DNA from: Mobula hypostoma
Lineage: Eukaryota
DNA length: 64,000 nt
Direction: 5' to 3'
Assembly: GCF_963921235.1 (NCBI RefSeq)
Contig: NC_086097.1
Span: 20,958,001 to 21,022,000, forward strand
Part shown: piece by piece, positions 1 through 13,178 of the stretch
Position numbering within the stretch: position 1 is the stretch's first letter
Layout: every line of letters starts with the position of its first letter
Notes under the pieces: model-generated
The model's database searches: none
Told to the model about the DNA's origin: nothing
The model's input: the letters and a program-made list of their open reading frames with translations, nothing else
Made by a program: the position numbers and the translations under genes

Positions 1-523
1 ATCTATAGCAAGGAATAAACAGTTGACATTTCAGGCTGAGACCCTTTATCAGAACTGGAAAGGAAGTGGGTAGAAGCCAGAAGACCAAGGAATGTGGACT
101 ACAGGAAGGGGAAGTTGAGAGGACCAGTCCTCAGAAGAGTCAGCAGTGGAAAGGGTGAGAAAATTCCAGGCTATCAACATTTGAAGATCTAGCCTGGGTC
201 TGACATCAATACAATTACAAATGCGGCACGACAGTGGCTATATTTCATTGGTATGTCACCAAAGACTCTCGCAAATTTTTACAGATGTATTGTGTAGAAC
301 ATTCTAACTGGGAGCATCACCACCTGGTATAGAGGGGCCAATGCACAGGAATAGGGAAAAAACTGCAGAAAGTTGTAAACTCAGCCAGCTCCATCACAGA
401 CATCTACAGTGGCATGCAAAAGTTTGGGCACCCCGGTCAAAATTTCTGTTACTGTGAATAGTTAAGTGAGTAGAAGATGAACTGATCTCCAAAAGTCAAA
501 GTTAAAGATGAAACATTCTTTTC

Positions 524-798
524 TTTTTTTTGCGTGCTTGTGCATGTGTCCGTAATGATGTCTTTTTCATGGCTTTTACAAGGCGCTGAGCGAGAGAGAG
601 AGACTGTGTGGCACGCCACTCCTCACACAAGACATTTTTCGCAATATTTTCCCTTTGTTTTATGAGGTCGAGTTGCGTTCTCGACACTCAACCCGGCACG
701 GATGTTAAGTGTACTCGGGGGCGGACCCGTCTAGTTTGAAACCCGGGGACCTCTGCTCCCAGGTTCGGCGCCGATGTCGTTGCGCCACCAGCCGGCCC
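524..798 (-). mobile_element. tRNA-derived SINE with poly-A tail, inserted in the left TIR of the Tc1
   Basis: 15-bp TSD tgaaacattcttttc at 509-523 and 799-813. The minus-strand head GGCCGGCTGGTGGCGCAACG...GGTTTCAAACT resembles A/B boxes; A-tail at 524-531. Confidence 0.85.
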
Positions 799-1459
799 TG
801 AAACATTCTTTTCAACATTTTAAGCAAGATTAGTGTATTATTTTTTGTTTTGTACAATTTTAGAGTGAAAAAAGGAAAGGAGCACCATGCAAAAATTTGG
901 TCACCCCAAGAGATTTGAGCTCTCATAACTTTTACCAAGGTCTCAGACCTTCATTAGCTTGTTAGGGCTATAGCTTGTTCACAGTCATCGTTAGGAAAGG
1001 CCAGGTGATGCAAATTTCAAGGCTTTATAAATACCCTTACTGCTCAAACCTTGTCCCAATAATCAGCAGAAATGGGCTCCTCTAAGCAGCTGCCTAGCAC
1101 ACTGAAAATTAAAATAAATGATGCCCACATAGCGGGAGAAGGCTATAAGATAAAGCGTTTTCAGGTAGCCGTTTTCTCAGTTGGTAATGTAATTAAGAAA
1201 TGGCAGTTAACAGGAACGGTGGAGGTTAAGTTGAGCTCTGGAAGACCTAGAAAACCTTCCAAGAGAACTGCTCATAGGATTGTTAGAAAGGCAAATCAAA
1301 ACCCCCGTTTGACTGCAAAAGACCTTCAGGAAGATTTAGCAGACCCTGGAGTGGTGGTGCACTGTTCTACTGTGCAGCGACACCTGCACGAATATTACTT
1401 CATGGAACAGTCATCAGAAGAAAACCTTTTCTGCGTCCTCACCACAAAATTTAGTGTCA

Positions 1460-2124
1460 ACGTCAGACACAGACTTACAGTTTAAAACATTATATATAGA
1501 CTCCATTATTCCAAAGAAAAGTTGCAGTTTCTACCCTGATGTTTCACCAGTTTGTAATAGATATAAATCTGTGAACAGTAACTTGTCACATTCATTCTGG
1601 TCATGTTGTAAGCTTTATGCATACTGGAAAAGTATTTTTCACTGTTTCTCTGAGGCTTTTGGGAAGCAGTGGGAACCAGATCCACCGATAGCCATCCTTG
1701 GAGCAACAAACTCCCCATCTTCAGCCAATATGTATGAAAAAGTGGCTGTATTGTTTGGAACGGTGATTGCCAAGAAGTTAATCCTGCAAATGTGGAAACT
1801 GGACTCTGTGCCTATGTACAATCTGCGGCTGAGAGAATTGGCAAGTACTTCACATTTGGAGAGACTAAGACTATGTAATGAAGACAGAGGGGACATATTT
1901 GAAAGGATATGGGGCCCTGTACTGGCTTTCTTACAGGGTGAGGACTGAGGTTTTTTGGCACAGTGCACCTCTGCTGTGTATGTTTACTTTTGCCTTTATA
2001 TTTTTCTCTTGTTGTTCAATATTTAATTTGATTTTGCTATGGTTGTGGTTTTTGTGGATGTGCTGTGTTTTTTTTGTCTGTTTATTAGTAATAAATAAAA
2101 TTTTGAAAGAAAAAAACTAAAAAA
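1460..2124 (+). mobile_element. 5'-truncated L1-clade LINE (ORF2 C-terminal zinc-knuckle region, 3' UTR, poly-A) inserted in the Tc1 transposase
   Basis: Peptide FYPDVSPVCNR...LSHSFWSC..L..YW...IAKKLILQMWK...IFERIWGP resembles fish L1 ORF2 ends. AATAAA plus A-tail. 14-bp TSD aaaatt(t/c)ag(t/c)gtca at 1446-1459 and 2125-2138. Confidence 0.85.
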
Positions 2125-3610
2125 AAAATTCAGCGTCAGAAGTTTGTAAAGGAACATCTAAGCAAGTCTGATGCATTTTGGAAACAAATCCTGTGCACTG
2201 ATGAAGTTAAAATAGTACTTTTTTGCTGCAATGAGCAAAGGTATGTTTGGAGAAAAAAGGGTGCAGAATTTCATGAAAAGAACACCTCTCCCACTGTTAA
2301 GCATGGGAGTGGATCGATCATGTTTTGGGCTTGTGTTGCAGCCAGTGGCATGGGGAACATTTCACTGGTAGAGGGAAGAATGAATTGAATTAAATACCAG
2401 CAAATTCTGGAAGCAAACATCACACCGTCTGTAAAAAAGCTGAAGGTGAAAAGAGGATGGCTTCTACATCCTAAACACACCTCAAAATCCACAATGGACT
2501 ACCTCAAGAGGCGCAAGCTCTAGGTTTTGCCATGGCCTTCACAGTCCCCTGACCTAAACATCATCAAAAATCTGTGGATAGACCTCAAAAGAGCAGTGCA
2601 TGCAAGACGGCCCAAGAATCTCACAGAACTAGAAGCCTTTTGCAAGGAAGAATGGGCAAAAATCCCCCAAACAAGAATTGAAAGACTCTTAGCTGGCTAC
2701 AGAAAGCATCTATAAGCTGTGATACTTGCCAAAGGGGGTGTTACCTAAGTACTGCCATGCAGGGTGCCCAAACTTGTGCTTTGGGCCCTTTTCCTTTTTT
2801 GTTATTTTGAAACTGTAGAAGATGGAAATAAAAAAGTAATCTTGCTTAAAATATTAAAGAAATGTCATTTTTAACTTTATGCCTTTTGGAAATCAGGTCA
2901 TCTTTTACTCGCTTAGCCATTCACAGTAACAGAAATTTTGACCGGGGTGCCCAAACTTTTGCATGCCACTGTACTACCCCAGCATAGAGGCCACCTTTGA
3001 AAGGCAATGCCTCAAAAAGGTGGAATCCATCATTAAGGAACCCATCACCCAGGTCATGCTCTCTTCTCATTACTACCACTGAAGTGGTGGTACAGGAGCC
3101 TGAAGACACACATTTCAGGAACAGTTCTTCCCCTCTACCATTGGATTTCTGAATGAACAATGAACATAAAAATTACTTCACTATTTTTTGCTCTCTTTTT
3201 GCACTCATATACACCTTAATGTATTTTATTATATATTGCAATGTACAGCTGCTGCAAAACAACAAATTTCACAACATGTGCCAGTGATAATAAACCTGAT
3301 TTGATTAAGAAAGCAAGGGTAGGGGGAGTTGTACAAGCTGGTAGGTGACAGGGATGAACTGAGAAGCTGGGAGGTGACTGGTGAAAAAGATAAAGAGCTG
3401 AAGGAGGAATTTGAAGTGGGTGAGAGTGGCCCATGGGAGAGTGCTGTTTAACCTGTTGAGTTCCTCCAGCATTGTGTTACTCTGGATTTCCAGCAACTGT
3501 AGAATCACTTGTGTTCATTTATTATTTACTGCTTTTTCCCCCAAAGTTCTTCCCATCTCTGACAGGAATTGTAATTTTTTTTGCACAGATCAAGACTTAT
3601 TTGTAGTCTA

Positions 3611-3739
<129 letters not shown>

Positions 3740-5529
3740 TTAATTAGCTTTAAAAGCTCCAAAGAATAATTGTCTTCAGTTTAAGAAAATTATTTGATCC
3801 TTTCTCTCTATAGCATTTGGAACAAAATACAGACCTATGTTTTTTGACTTCTGAGGAAGTACCATATTTGTTCAAAGCCATTCAAACAGAAAGACCATCA
3901 AGACTATAAGACAGAGCAATTTAGGCCATTCAGCCTATCGAGTCTGGCTTGCCATTCTATCATGGCTGATACTATCTATTTAACCCCATTCTCCTGCCTT
4001 CTCTTCATAATCTTTGACATTGTGAATTAGACCTGCTCACAGCAGGAATACAGTGAATGAACTGTAATCGAACATGCTGGCAATACTAACACTGCCCCAG
4101 TTGACCCTCAAAATGGATTCCAATAAATTCTTCCATACTTTGTACTGTCAGAGCCATTTAAAAGAAATATTTCCATAAAGCTCAAAGATGTATTCTATTG
4201 AGAAAAAGGTGTCAGGAGAAGGACAGGTTCATCTATAGCAATTGTTTGTCCAACTTTGTGTTGTTTGCCTTAAGTAGTTTTTCATTGATTCTATTGAGTC
4301 TTTGTATTTATTGTGAATGCCTGCAAGAAAATAATCTCAGTATATGGTGACATATACTTTGATAATAAATTTACTTTGAACATTGAAGTTAAGGATGGAA
4401 AAGTGAAAGAAAAAGCATGAGAGGTTGTAAAGATTAATGGTAGAGTAGACTTTTTAACAAGGTAGCAAAAATAAGAGCAACAAATACAGCAAGACTGCAA
4501 GAGTCTCTACAGGTAGATATAAAAGTGTAATTAAATTAAGCAGTTGCCCTTTAGCAAATAAAACTCAAGAATTTATAGTGGAAAATCAGAAAATGTGAAG
4601 GCTGAACACATCTCGCATCAGTCATCAGGGCAAAGGTTACTAAAAGCATCCCAATATTTTAAAATAACAAGTGAAAATAAAATGAGATACAATCACAGCT
4701 GCTAGCAGACCAATGGGACTAAAGGACAACACTGACCTTTTTTTTTGTATCCTGCCTCACCTCCTGAACATGATCAGTATTTCCTGTTTCCGTTTGTGCA
4801 GGAGAGGGACAAACTAGGAGCCACTCAAGAGAAATGGAAATTTATGGTCGAGGCTGCTATCTTTAAACCATGTCTATGGCAACAAAGAGGAACCTCTTTA
4901 TCTGAATCTCTCCACCCAGTTCTTAGTCTGCAGCCTTTCAGTGAAAATCCCAGGCACATTTTAAAAGTGTGGTGAGTTTCTGCTCCACCAACCTTAGTCA
5001 ATAGTTCTAAACCTTACAGATATGGTGGAAAAAAGTCACTTACAAAAATACTAAGTCATCTTTCCATCAATATATGCCCCACTACTGGCCTCTCTGCTAA
5101 GCCCTTCCTATTCATCTTATCCAGGCCACTCAATGAATTTCCTACTTTGTTTCAAAGCAAACAATGCTTCCCTGGCCATTCTCTCAATAATTCCCCTCTA
5201 TATTCTTATTAATCTCATCACCCAAACACTGGACGCATCCTGTTTGTTGACCAGAAGTGTATGCAGCTGTGACATAACTGGTGTTCAGAATCAGGTTTAT
5301 TATCACCGGCATGTGACGTGAAATCTGTTTTGTACAGATTTAGCGCAACTTCCTCAAACTATGCCTCAGCTAATTAAACACCCTACAAGTTTAACCGTTG
5401 TATCCATTGGCCTTGCTCCCTTCAGAGAAGTTAATATGGACTTCAAGATCCTGTTGTTTGCTTGCAGTTCCTTGAATCTTATTATTTTGCTAATAGCTGT
5501 ACAGAGATCAAGGTCAAAATTTGTCATAT

Positions 5530-5990
5530 GTGGCCTCTTTATTAGATAGTTCCTGTACACCTGCTTGTTAATGTAAATATCTAATCAACTAACCATGTGG
5601 CAGCAACTCAATGCATAAAAGCATACAGACATGGTCAAGTTGTTCAGACCAAACATCAGAATAGGGGGAAAAAAAATGCGATCCAAGGGACTTTTACTGG
5701 AGTGACTTTGGTGACAAATGGGGTGGTTTGAGCATCTCAGAAACATCTCTCTGGGATTTTCATGTGCAACAGTCTCCAGACTTTAGAGAATGGTATGAAA
5801 ACAAAAAGCATACAGAGAGTGGCAGCTCCATGGACAAAAATGCTTCATTAATGAGGGGTCAGGACTGGTTCAAGAGGGCAAGGTGACAGTAACTCTAATA
5901 ACATGTTACAGTGTACACAAGTGCATCAATAAACAAAGCACATCAAACCCTGAAGATGGTGACAGCAGAAGACCACACGGGTTTCCATTC
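5530..5990 (+). mobile_element. Tc1-derived fragment of a second family (left end and 5' transposase remnant)
   Basis: Matches a recalled widespread fish Tc1-type repeat (gtacacctgcttgttaatg..aatatctaatca..catgtggcagcaactcaatgcataaaagc...gtttgagcatctcagaaac). No right TIR was seen. Confidence 0.6.
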
Positions 5991-6294
5991 CCGGACCCAA
6001 GAGTCCGACCACCGAGTGTATATATACAGGCGCAAGAAAATCCTACTTGTAGCAGCATCACAGCAACATAACATCATAATGATCAATCCACAGCCAAGAC
6101 CTCCTCAAATCAAGCCTACATTTTACCTGTACTTCTAGAGAGGCTACTAAAGTTAGTTTACAGTCCATTATCTACATCAATTACCTACAAAGATATTGCT
6201 TGGTAGATATCAGGTCTTCATTTCTTTACAATACTAACTGCAATCTTCAGAGAAGAAAGTTGGGTGAAGTTTAGAGTGAGGGACGCTTTAGTTA

Positions 6295-6474
<180 letters not shown>

Positions 6475-6529
6475 TTATCGACAAGGCACTCTTGGGATAA
6501 TTTTCATAGGTACGATTAGTCTGAACATC

Positions 6530-9068
6530 CATAGAAACTACAGCACAGAAACCGGCCTTTTGGCCCTTCTTGGCTGTGCCGAACTATTTTCTGCCTAGTC
6601 CCATTGACCTGCACACGGACCATATCCCTCCATACACCTCCCATTCATGTATCTGTCCAATTTATTCCTAAATGTTAAAAAAGAACCCGCATTTACCACC
6701 TCGTCTGGCAGCTCATTCCATACTCCCACCACTCTGTGTGAAGAAGCCCCCACTAATGTTCCCTTTAAACTCCCCCCCCCCATCCTAAACCCATGTCCTC
6801 TGGTTTTTTTCTCCCCTTGCCTCAGTGGAAAAAGCCTGCTTGCATTCACTCTATCTATATCCACCATAATTTTATATACCTCTATCAAATCTCCCCTCAT
6901 TCTTCTACGCTCCAGGGAATAAAGTCCTAACCTATTCAACCTTTCTCTGTAACTGAGTTTCTCAAGTCCTGGCAACATCCTTCTAAACCTTCTCTGCACT
7001 CTTTCAACCTTATTTATATCCTTCCTGTAACTTGGTGACCAAAACTGAACACAATACTCCAGATTCGGCCTCACCAATGCCTTATACAACCTCATCATAA
7101 CATTCCAGCTCTTATACTCAATACTTTGATTAATAAAGGCCAATGTACCAAAAGCTCTCTTTACGACCCTATCTACCTGTGACGCCACTTTTAGGGAATT
7201 TTGTATCTGTATTCCCTGATCCCTCTGTTCCACTGCACTCCTCAGTGCCTTACCATTAACCCTGTATGTTCTACGTTGGTTTGTCCTTCCAACGTGCAAT
7301 ACCTCACACTTGTCAGTATTAAACTCCATCTACCATTTTTTAGCCCATTTTTCCAGCTGGTCCAAGTCCTTCTGCAGGCTCTGAAAACCTTCCTCACTGT
7401 CTACTACACCTCCAATCTTTGTATCATCAGCAAACTTGCTGATCCAATTTACCATATTATCATCCAGATCATTGATATAGATGACAAATAACAATGGACC
7501 CAGCACTGATCCCTGTGGCACACCACTAGTCACAGGCCTCCACTCAGAGAAGCAATTCTCTATCACCACTCTCTGGCTTCTTCCATCAAGCCAATGTCTA
7601 ATCCAATTTACCACCTTTCCATGTATACCTAGCGACTGAATTTTCCCAACTAACCTCCCATGCGGGACCTTGTCAAAGGCCTTACTGAAGTCCATGTAGA
7701 CAATATCCACTGCCTTCCCTTCATCCACTTTCCTGGTAACCTCCTCGAAAAACTCCAATAGATTGGTCAAACATGACCTACCACGCACAAAGTCATGTTG
7801 ACTCTCCCTAATAAGTCCCAGTCTATCCAAATGCTTGTAGATTCTGTCTCTTAGTACTCCCTCCAATAACTCACCTACTACCGACGTTAAACTTACTGGC
7901 CTATAATTTCCCGGATTACTTTTCGATCCTTTTTTAAACAACGGAACAACATGAGCCACTCTCCAATCCTCCGGCACCTCACCTGTAGACAGCGACATTT
8001 TAAATATTTCAGCCAGGGCCCCTGCAATTTCAACACTAGTCTCCTTCAAGGTCCGAGGGAACACCCTGTCAGGTCCCGGGGATTTAGCTACTTTAATTTT
8101 CCTCAAGACAGCAAGGACCTCCTCCTTTTTGATCTGTACAGTTTCCATGATCTCACTACTCGTTTCCCTTAATTCCATAGACTTCATGCCAGTTTCCTTA
8201 GTAAACACAGACGCAAAAAACTTATTTAAGATCTCCCCCATTTCCTTTGGTTCCGCACATAGCCAACCACTCTGATCTTCAAGAGGGCCAATTTTATCCC
8301 TTACAATCTTTTTGCTCTTAATATACCTGTGAAAGCTCTTTGGATTATCCTTCACTTTGACTGCCAAGGCAACCTCATGTCTTCTTTTAGCCCTCTTGAT
8401 TTCTTTCTTAAGTATTTTCTTGCACTTCTTATACTCCTCAAGCACCTTATTTACTCCCTGCTTCCTATACACGTCATACAACTCCCTCTTCTTCTTTATC
8501 AGAGTTGCAATATCCCTTGAGAACCAAGGTTCCTTATTCCTATTCACCTTGCCTTTAATTCTGACAGGAACATACAAATTCTGCACTCTCAAAATTTCTG
8601 CTTTGAAGGCTTCCCACCTACCGATCACATCCATGCCAGAGAACAACCTGTCCCAATCCACACTTTTTAGATCCTTTCTCATTTCTTCAAATTTGGCCTT
8701 CTTCCAGTTAAGAACCTCAACCCTAGGACCAGATCTATCCTTGTCCATGATCAAGTTGAAACTAATGGTGTTTTGATCACTGGAACCAAAGCGCTCCCCT
8801 ACACAGACTTCTGTCACTTGTCCTAACTCGTTTCCTAACAGGAGATCCAATATTGCATCCCCTCTAGTTGGTCCCTCTATATATTGATTTAGAAAACTTT
8901 CCTGAACACATTTTACAAACTCCAAACCATCTAGACCCTTAACAGTATGGGAGACCCAATCAATATATGGAAAATTAAAATCCCCTACCACCACAACTTT
9001 ATGTTTCCTGCAGTTGCCTGCTATCTCTCTGCAGATTTGCACTTCCAATTCTCTTTGACTATTGGGTA
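6530..9068 (-). mobile_element. CR1 LINE, young and 5'-truncated. Near-intact ORF2 (end of APE domain, RT, C-terminus) with one in-frame stop at 7330 and a late frameshift
   Basis: ORFs 7330-9156 and 6595-7329 share a frame. Motifs GDFNFP, NYRPVSLTS, YMDFSKAFDKVPH, GVPQGSVLGP, KFADDTK. CR1-type tttctatg tail. Confidence 0.95.
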
Positions 9069-9349
9069 TCCAATATCCGTATCCGTAGTACCCTTTTTCA
9101 CTACCATCAGTCAGGAGGAGCAGAAGTCTTAGGTCCCACATCACTAGGTTCAGCAATAGATACTACCCCTACAACTATCAGGTTCCTAAAATGGCATGGA
9201 TATCTTCATCCACCACTATTCTAAACTGATTCTACAACCTACAGTCCACTTTCAAAAACTCTTGCAACTCAAGTTCTTGGTACTATCTTTTTCCAATTTG
9301 CACAATTTGTCTTCTTTTGGACATTGGTTATTTGTCAGAATTTATGTAC

Positions 9350-11390
9350 TTTTTTTCCCCTTAGCCCTTAAGTATATGAAGAGTAAAAGAGTGACATGGG
9401 CAGATATAGGAACGATTGAAAATGATGCTGGAGAAATTAAAATGGGCAACAAAGAGATGGCAGAGGAACTGAATGAGTATTTTGCATCAGTCTTCACAGT
9501 GGAAGACATTAGCAACATACCTGATAGCCAGAGGTCTCAGGGAATAGAATTAGGTACAGTCAAGATTACTAGAGAGGAAGTGCTTGGGAAGCTAAATGGA
9601 TTAAGAATAGGTAAGACTCCCGGACCGGATGAGGTGCACCCACAGGTTCTGAAGGTGGCGGCTTTGGAGATTATGGAGGCATTGGAAATGATCTTCCAGG
9701 AAATCAATAGACTCTGGCATAGTTCCAGAGGACTGGAAGGTCGCAAATGTAGTTCCGCTGTTTAAGGAGGGAGGCAGCAAAAAGAAAATTACAGACCTAT
9801 TAGTCTGACATTGGTAGTTGGAAAGTTATCGGAGTCGATCCTCAAGGACGAGGTTATGAAATACCTCGAGGTGCATGACAAGATCAGCCCAAGCCAGTAT
9901 GGTTTCATGAAGGGAAGATCCTGCCTCACCAACCTATTGGAATTTTTTGAGGTAATCTCAAATAAGATTGATAAGGGAGAGGCTGTGGATATTGTGTATT
10001 TGGATTTTCAAAAGGACTTCCATAAGTTGCTGCATAACAGGCTGCTTAATAAGATGAGAGTCCATGGAATTACAGGAAAGATATTGGAATGGGTGGAACA
10101 TTGGCTGATAGGCAGAAAGCAAAGGGTGGGAATGAAGGGGATCTTATTCTGATTGGTTGCCGGTTACTAGTGGTGTTCCGCAGGGGACGGTGTTGGGGCC
10201 GCTTCTTTTTACAATGTATGTTGATGATTTAGATTATGGAATAAATGGTTTTGTGGCTAAGTTTGCGGATGACACCCAAGATAGGTGGAGGAGCAGGAAC
10301 TGTTGAAGAAATGGAAAGGTTGCAGAGAAACTTGGTCAGTTTAGGAGAGTGGGCAAAGAAATGGCAGATGAGATACAATGTTGAGAAATGTACAGTTGTA
10401 CATTTTGGAAGTAGAAATAATCGGGCAGATTATTATTTAGATGGGGAGAAAATTCAAAAATCGGAAGTGCCAAGGGACTTGGGGGTCCTCGTGTAGGATA
10501 CTCTAAAGGTTAACCACCAAGCTGGATCAGCAGTAAGGAAAGCGAATGCTATGTTGGCATTCATTTCAAGAGGAATAGTGTATAAGAGTAAGGAGGTGTT
10601 GATGAGGCTCTATGGGGCATTAGTGAGACCTCATTTGGAATACTGTGTGCAGTTTTGGGCCCCCTATCTTTGAAGGGATGTTCTGATGTTGGAGAGAGTT
10701 CAGAGAAGATTTACGAGGATGATTCCTGGAATGCAGGGGCTAACATATGAGGAGTGTTTGTCAGCTCTTGGAGTGTATTCATTAGAGTATAGAAGAATGA
10801 GAGGGGATTTCATAGAAACATTTCGAATGTTGAAAGGGTTGGAAAGAGTTGACGTGGAAAGGCTGTTTCCCTTGGTGGGTGAGCCCAGGATAAGAGGCCA
10901 CAGTCTTAGAATTAGAGGGTACCCACTTAAAACAGATGAGGAGAATTTTTTTTTTAAGCCAGCAGGTCATGGATTTATGGAATTCATTGCCACATACAGC
11001 TGTGGAGGCCCGATCATTGAGGGTGTTTAAGGAGGAGATTGATAGGTATCTAATTAATCAGGATATCAAGGGATATGGGGAAAAAGCCAGAAATTGGAAC
11101 TAAATGGGAGAATAGTTTAGCTCATGGAGGAGTGGCGGAGCAGACTCGATGGGCCGAATGGCCCTCTTCTGCTCCTTTGTCTTGTGATCTTGTGAACTCC
11201 GATTGGAGTCATCGGGATGCTATCATGATGGAGCTTTTTTAGCAGGATTTCTTATTTTTAAGAGATCGAGTTGTTAGCTCAACGCTCAACCCAGCACGAA
11301 TGGAAAGCATGCAAGGGAGCTGGCTGGATTTGAACTGGGGAGCCTTCGCTCCGAAGTCCGGCACTGATGCCACTACGCCACCGGCCAGCT
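9350..11390 (-). mobile_element. tRNA-SINE related to 524-798, split by the CR1: body 11196-11390, tail 9350-9370
   Basis: 10-bp TSD atttatgtac at 9340-9349 and 11391-11400. Head gctggccggtggcgtagtgg...cagttcaaatcc. Shares the core cgtg(c)tgggttgag(c)g..gag...aactcga with 524-798. Confidence 0.75.
9371..11195 (+). mobile_element. CR1 LINE of a different subfamily, 5'-truncated and frameshifted, inserted inside a SINE
   Basis: Peptides NEYFASVFT, SCLTNLLEFFE, YLDFQK, RRMRGD..ETF. 3' tail tcttgtga repeated. Confidence 0.92.
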
Positions 11391-13029
11391 ATTTATGTAC
11401 AATTTTTCATAAAATTCTATTGCATTTCATTTTTCCAGTAAATGCCTGCAAGAAAGTGAACCTTAAGGTACAGTATAAGGCAGCATATACAGTATATACT
11501 TCGAACTTAGCTGGTGTCTTTAAGCCCTGCAAGAGATTGACTTGTTGTCACTTTCAATAGAGCAGCAAAATTGCAATAGTTTTACACTGCTGAAACAAGA
11601 CCAATTTAAACATTACAGATGACCACCGTGTATTGCAACAATATATTATTCACCAAATTCAAAGTAGTAAAAACAGGAAACATTGCTGCTGGAATGCATT
11701 TATCAGACACAAATAGACCACATGATATACTGCATCTTCAAGCTCCAATTATCAACCAGCATGGTACTAAAAGTAATTTAACTGCCCTAAACTGCAAGAA
11801 ACAAGATTACACTGGTACCGTGCACACCCTGAGAAATCACCCATATTTTTGTCACTCTAGAATATTCTTGTCTAACTAGAATTTCTACAAATTCACTAAA
11901 CAGCCACACCCATTTAGGACCATTTAAACCACAAACATTTGCTCAGTAAGGGAAAAGCTGTTGGCAAAATCAGCCTGTTTATCTGGCACACAGCATCCTT
12001 GATTACTGTGGGCCTGCACCCATATCACTAGCATCCTTAAGGAGATATAATTACTGCTTCCATCATTTAATTCCTGAAGAGGATTCTTCAGGCCGTCATT
12101 TTCCTATTTATCCTCTGGACCTCTTGTACTTAATCTCATCTTGCTGCTCTGGAAAAGGAGCTGCCAGAGATCATGGTTGAAGGTACACTAACAAAATTTA
12201 AAATATAACTGGTCAGGTACACTGATAGGAAAGGTTTAGAGCACAATGGTCCAAACATGGGAAAATGGGACTAAATTAGATGGGAATCATGCTTCACAAG
12301 AACCATTTGGGCCAAATGGCCTGTTTCCAGGTTGTATCAATCTATAACAGGGGTTCCCAAACTGGAATGACTGACCACTTGCTTAATGGGATTGGTCCTG
12401 GCAACAAAAAGTTGGGAACTCCTGCTCTACAACTATTATAGAGAGATCAAACAGAAACAGGCTCTCTAGTCCAAGACCACACTGGCTAAACACCAATTTA
12501 CAGTAAGCCTACATTCATCTTATTATTACATTCTTAGATTGATCTTAGACTAGGTTAGAAGGTCAACACGCCCATGTCCCAAGGACAAGTATATTAACTT
12601 CCCCTAACCTTCCACCCTCTGACCAGTAACTTGTTCAGTCTAACTTGCAAAGTTTAAATATCAGGTTGAAATTAAAGTCAGGTTTCACCAATCCACAGAC
12701 TGGTCAATAAAAAGTCTAACAATCATTACCATAATACCACAGCTTTTAGCCAAACAAAACTACAACTCTTCCATCACTATCTCAAGGTCAAGTCCTATCC
12801 AAGAAGAGAGGTAGCTACTTTAACGCAACGCTTGACACAAGCCACCAGGCTTCATTAGATGGTGTGAAGAATCTTCTTTCTTTTACATGTAGCATTTATC
12901 AAACTGCAACCAAAATGCCTTTTTAAAATTATTGTATAATTAACCTTGCCAATAGATATGCTTAACAAATTTGTTACACATTTTAAAACCAGGTTAAAAG
13001 CCGAGTAGATTTATGGAATATTAACTCAC

Positions 13030-13178
13030 CAATCTCTTGCCGTGAGCTACAAATACCAACTCCGTACTGGATCGTTGCTTTGGTTGCCGCGTCAGCACAG
13101 TAGCCATGGCATTCAGCAAAGCCCAAGTAATTGTATGAGCCCATGTTGAGGACGTCTTTGATGATTTTGTTAGTAAAC
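13030..13178 (-). CDS. SPTLC2: SPTLC2 coding exon 4 (FTNKIIKDVLNMGSYNYLGFAECHGYCADAATKATIQYGVGICSSRQEI-G)
   Basis: Carries the NMGSYNYLGFA motif of the SPT LCB2 family. Acceptor aaatag, donor gtgagt. 149 nt, phase 2/1. Confidence 0.96.

Larger units (their letters stand above)
407..2971 (+). mobile_element. Tc1/mariner (DD34E-type) DNA transposon, full length but inactive, interrupted by two retro-insertions
   Basis: TIRs cagtggcatgcaaaagtttgggcaccccggtcaaaatttctgttactgtgaat and its reverse complement; TA at 405-406 and 2972-2973. Transposase fragments MGSSKQL...SGRPRK...TAKDLQEDLA (from 1072), TDEVK (~2197), WPSQSPDLNII (2530). About 1.6 kb once the inserts are removed. Confidence 0.95.
110..3305 (+). 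mobile_element. Degenerate Rex1/Babar-type LINE 3' end that hosts the Tc1 (pieces ~110-404 and ~2974-3305)
   Basis: Resembles the 3' part of the Rex1-type copy at 26.6-28.7 kb (cagtggctatatttcatt, tacagatgtactgtggagagcatt, tail aataaacctgatt). The sequence is continuous across the TA site. Confidence 0.7.
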
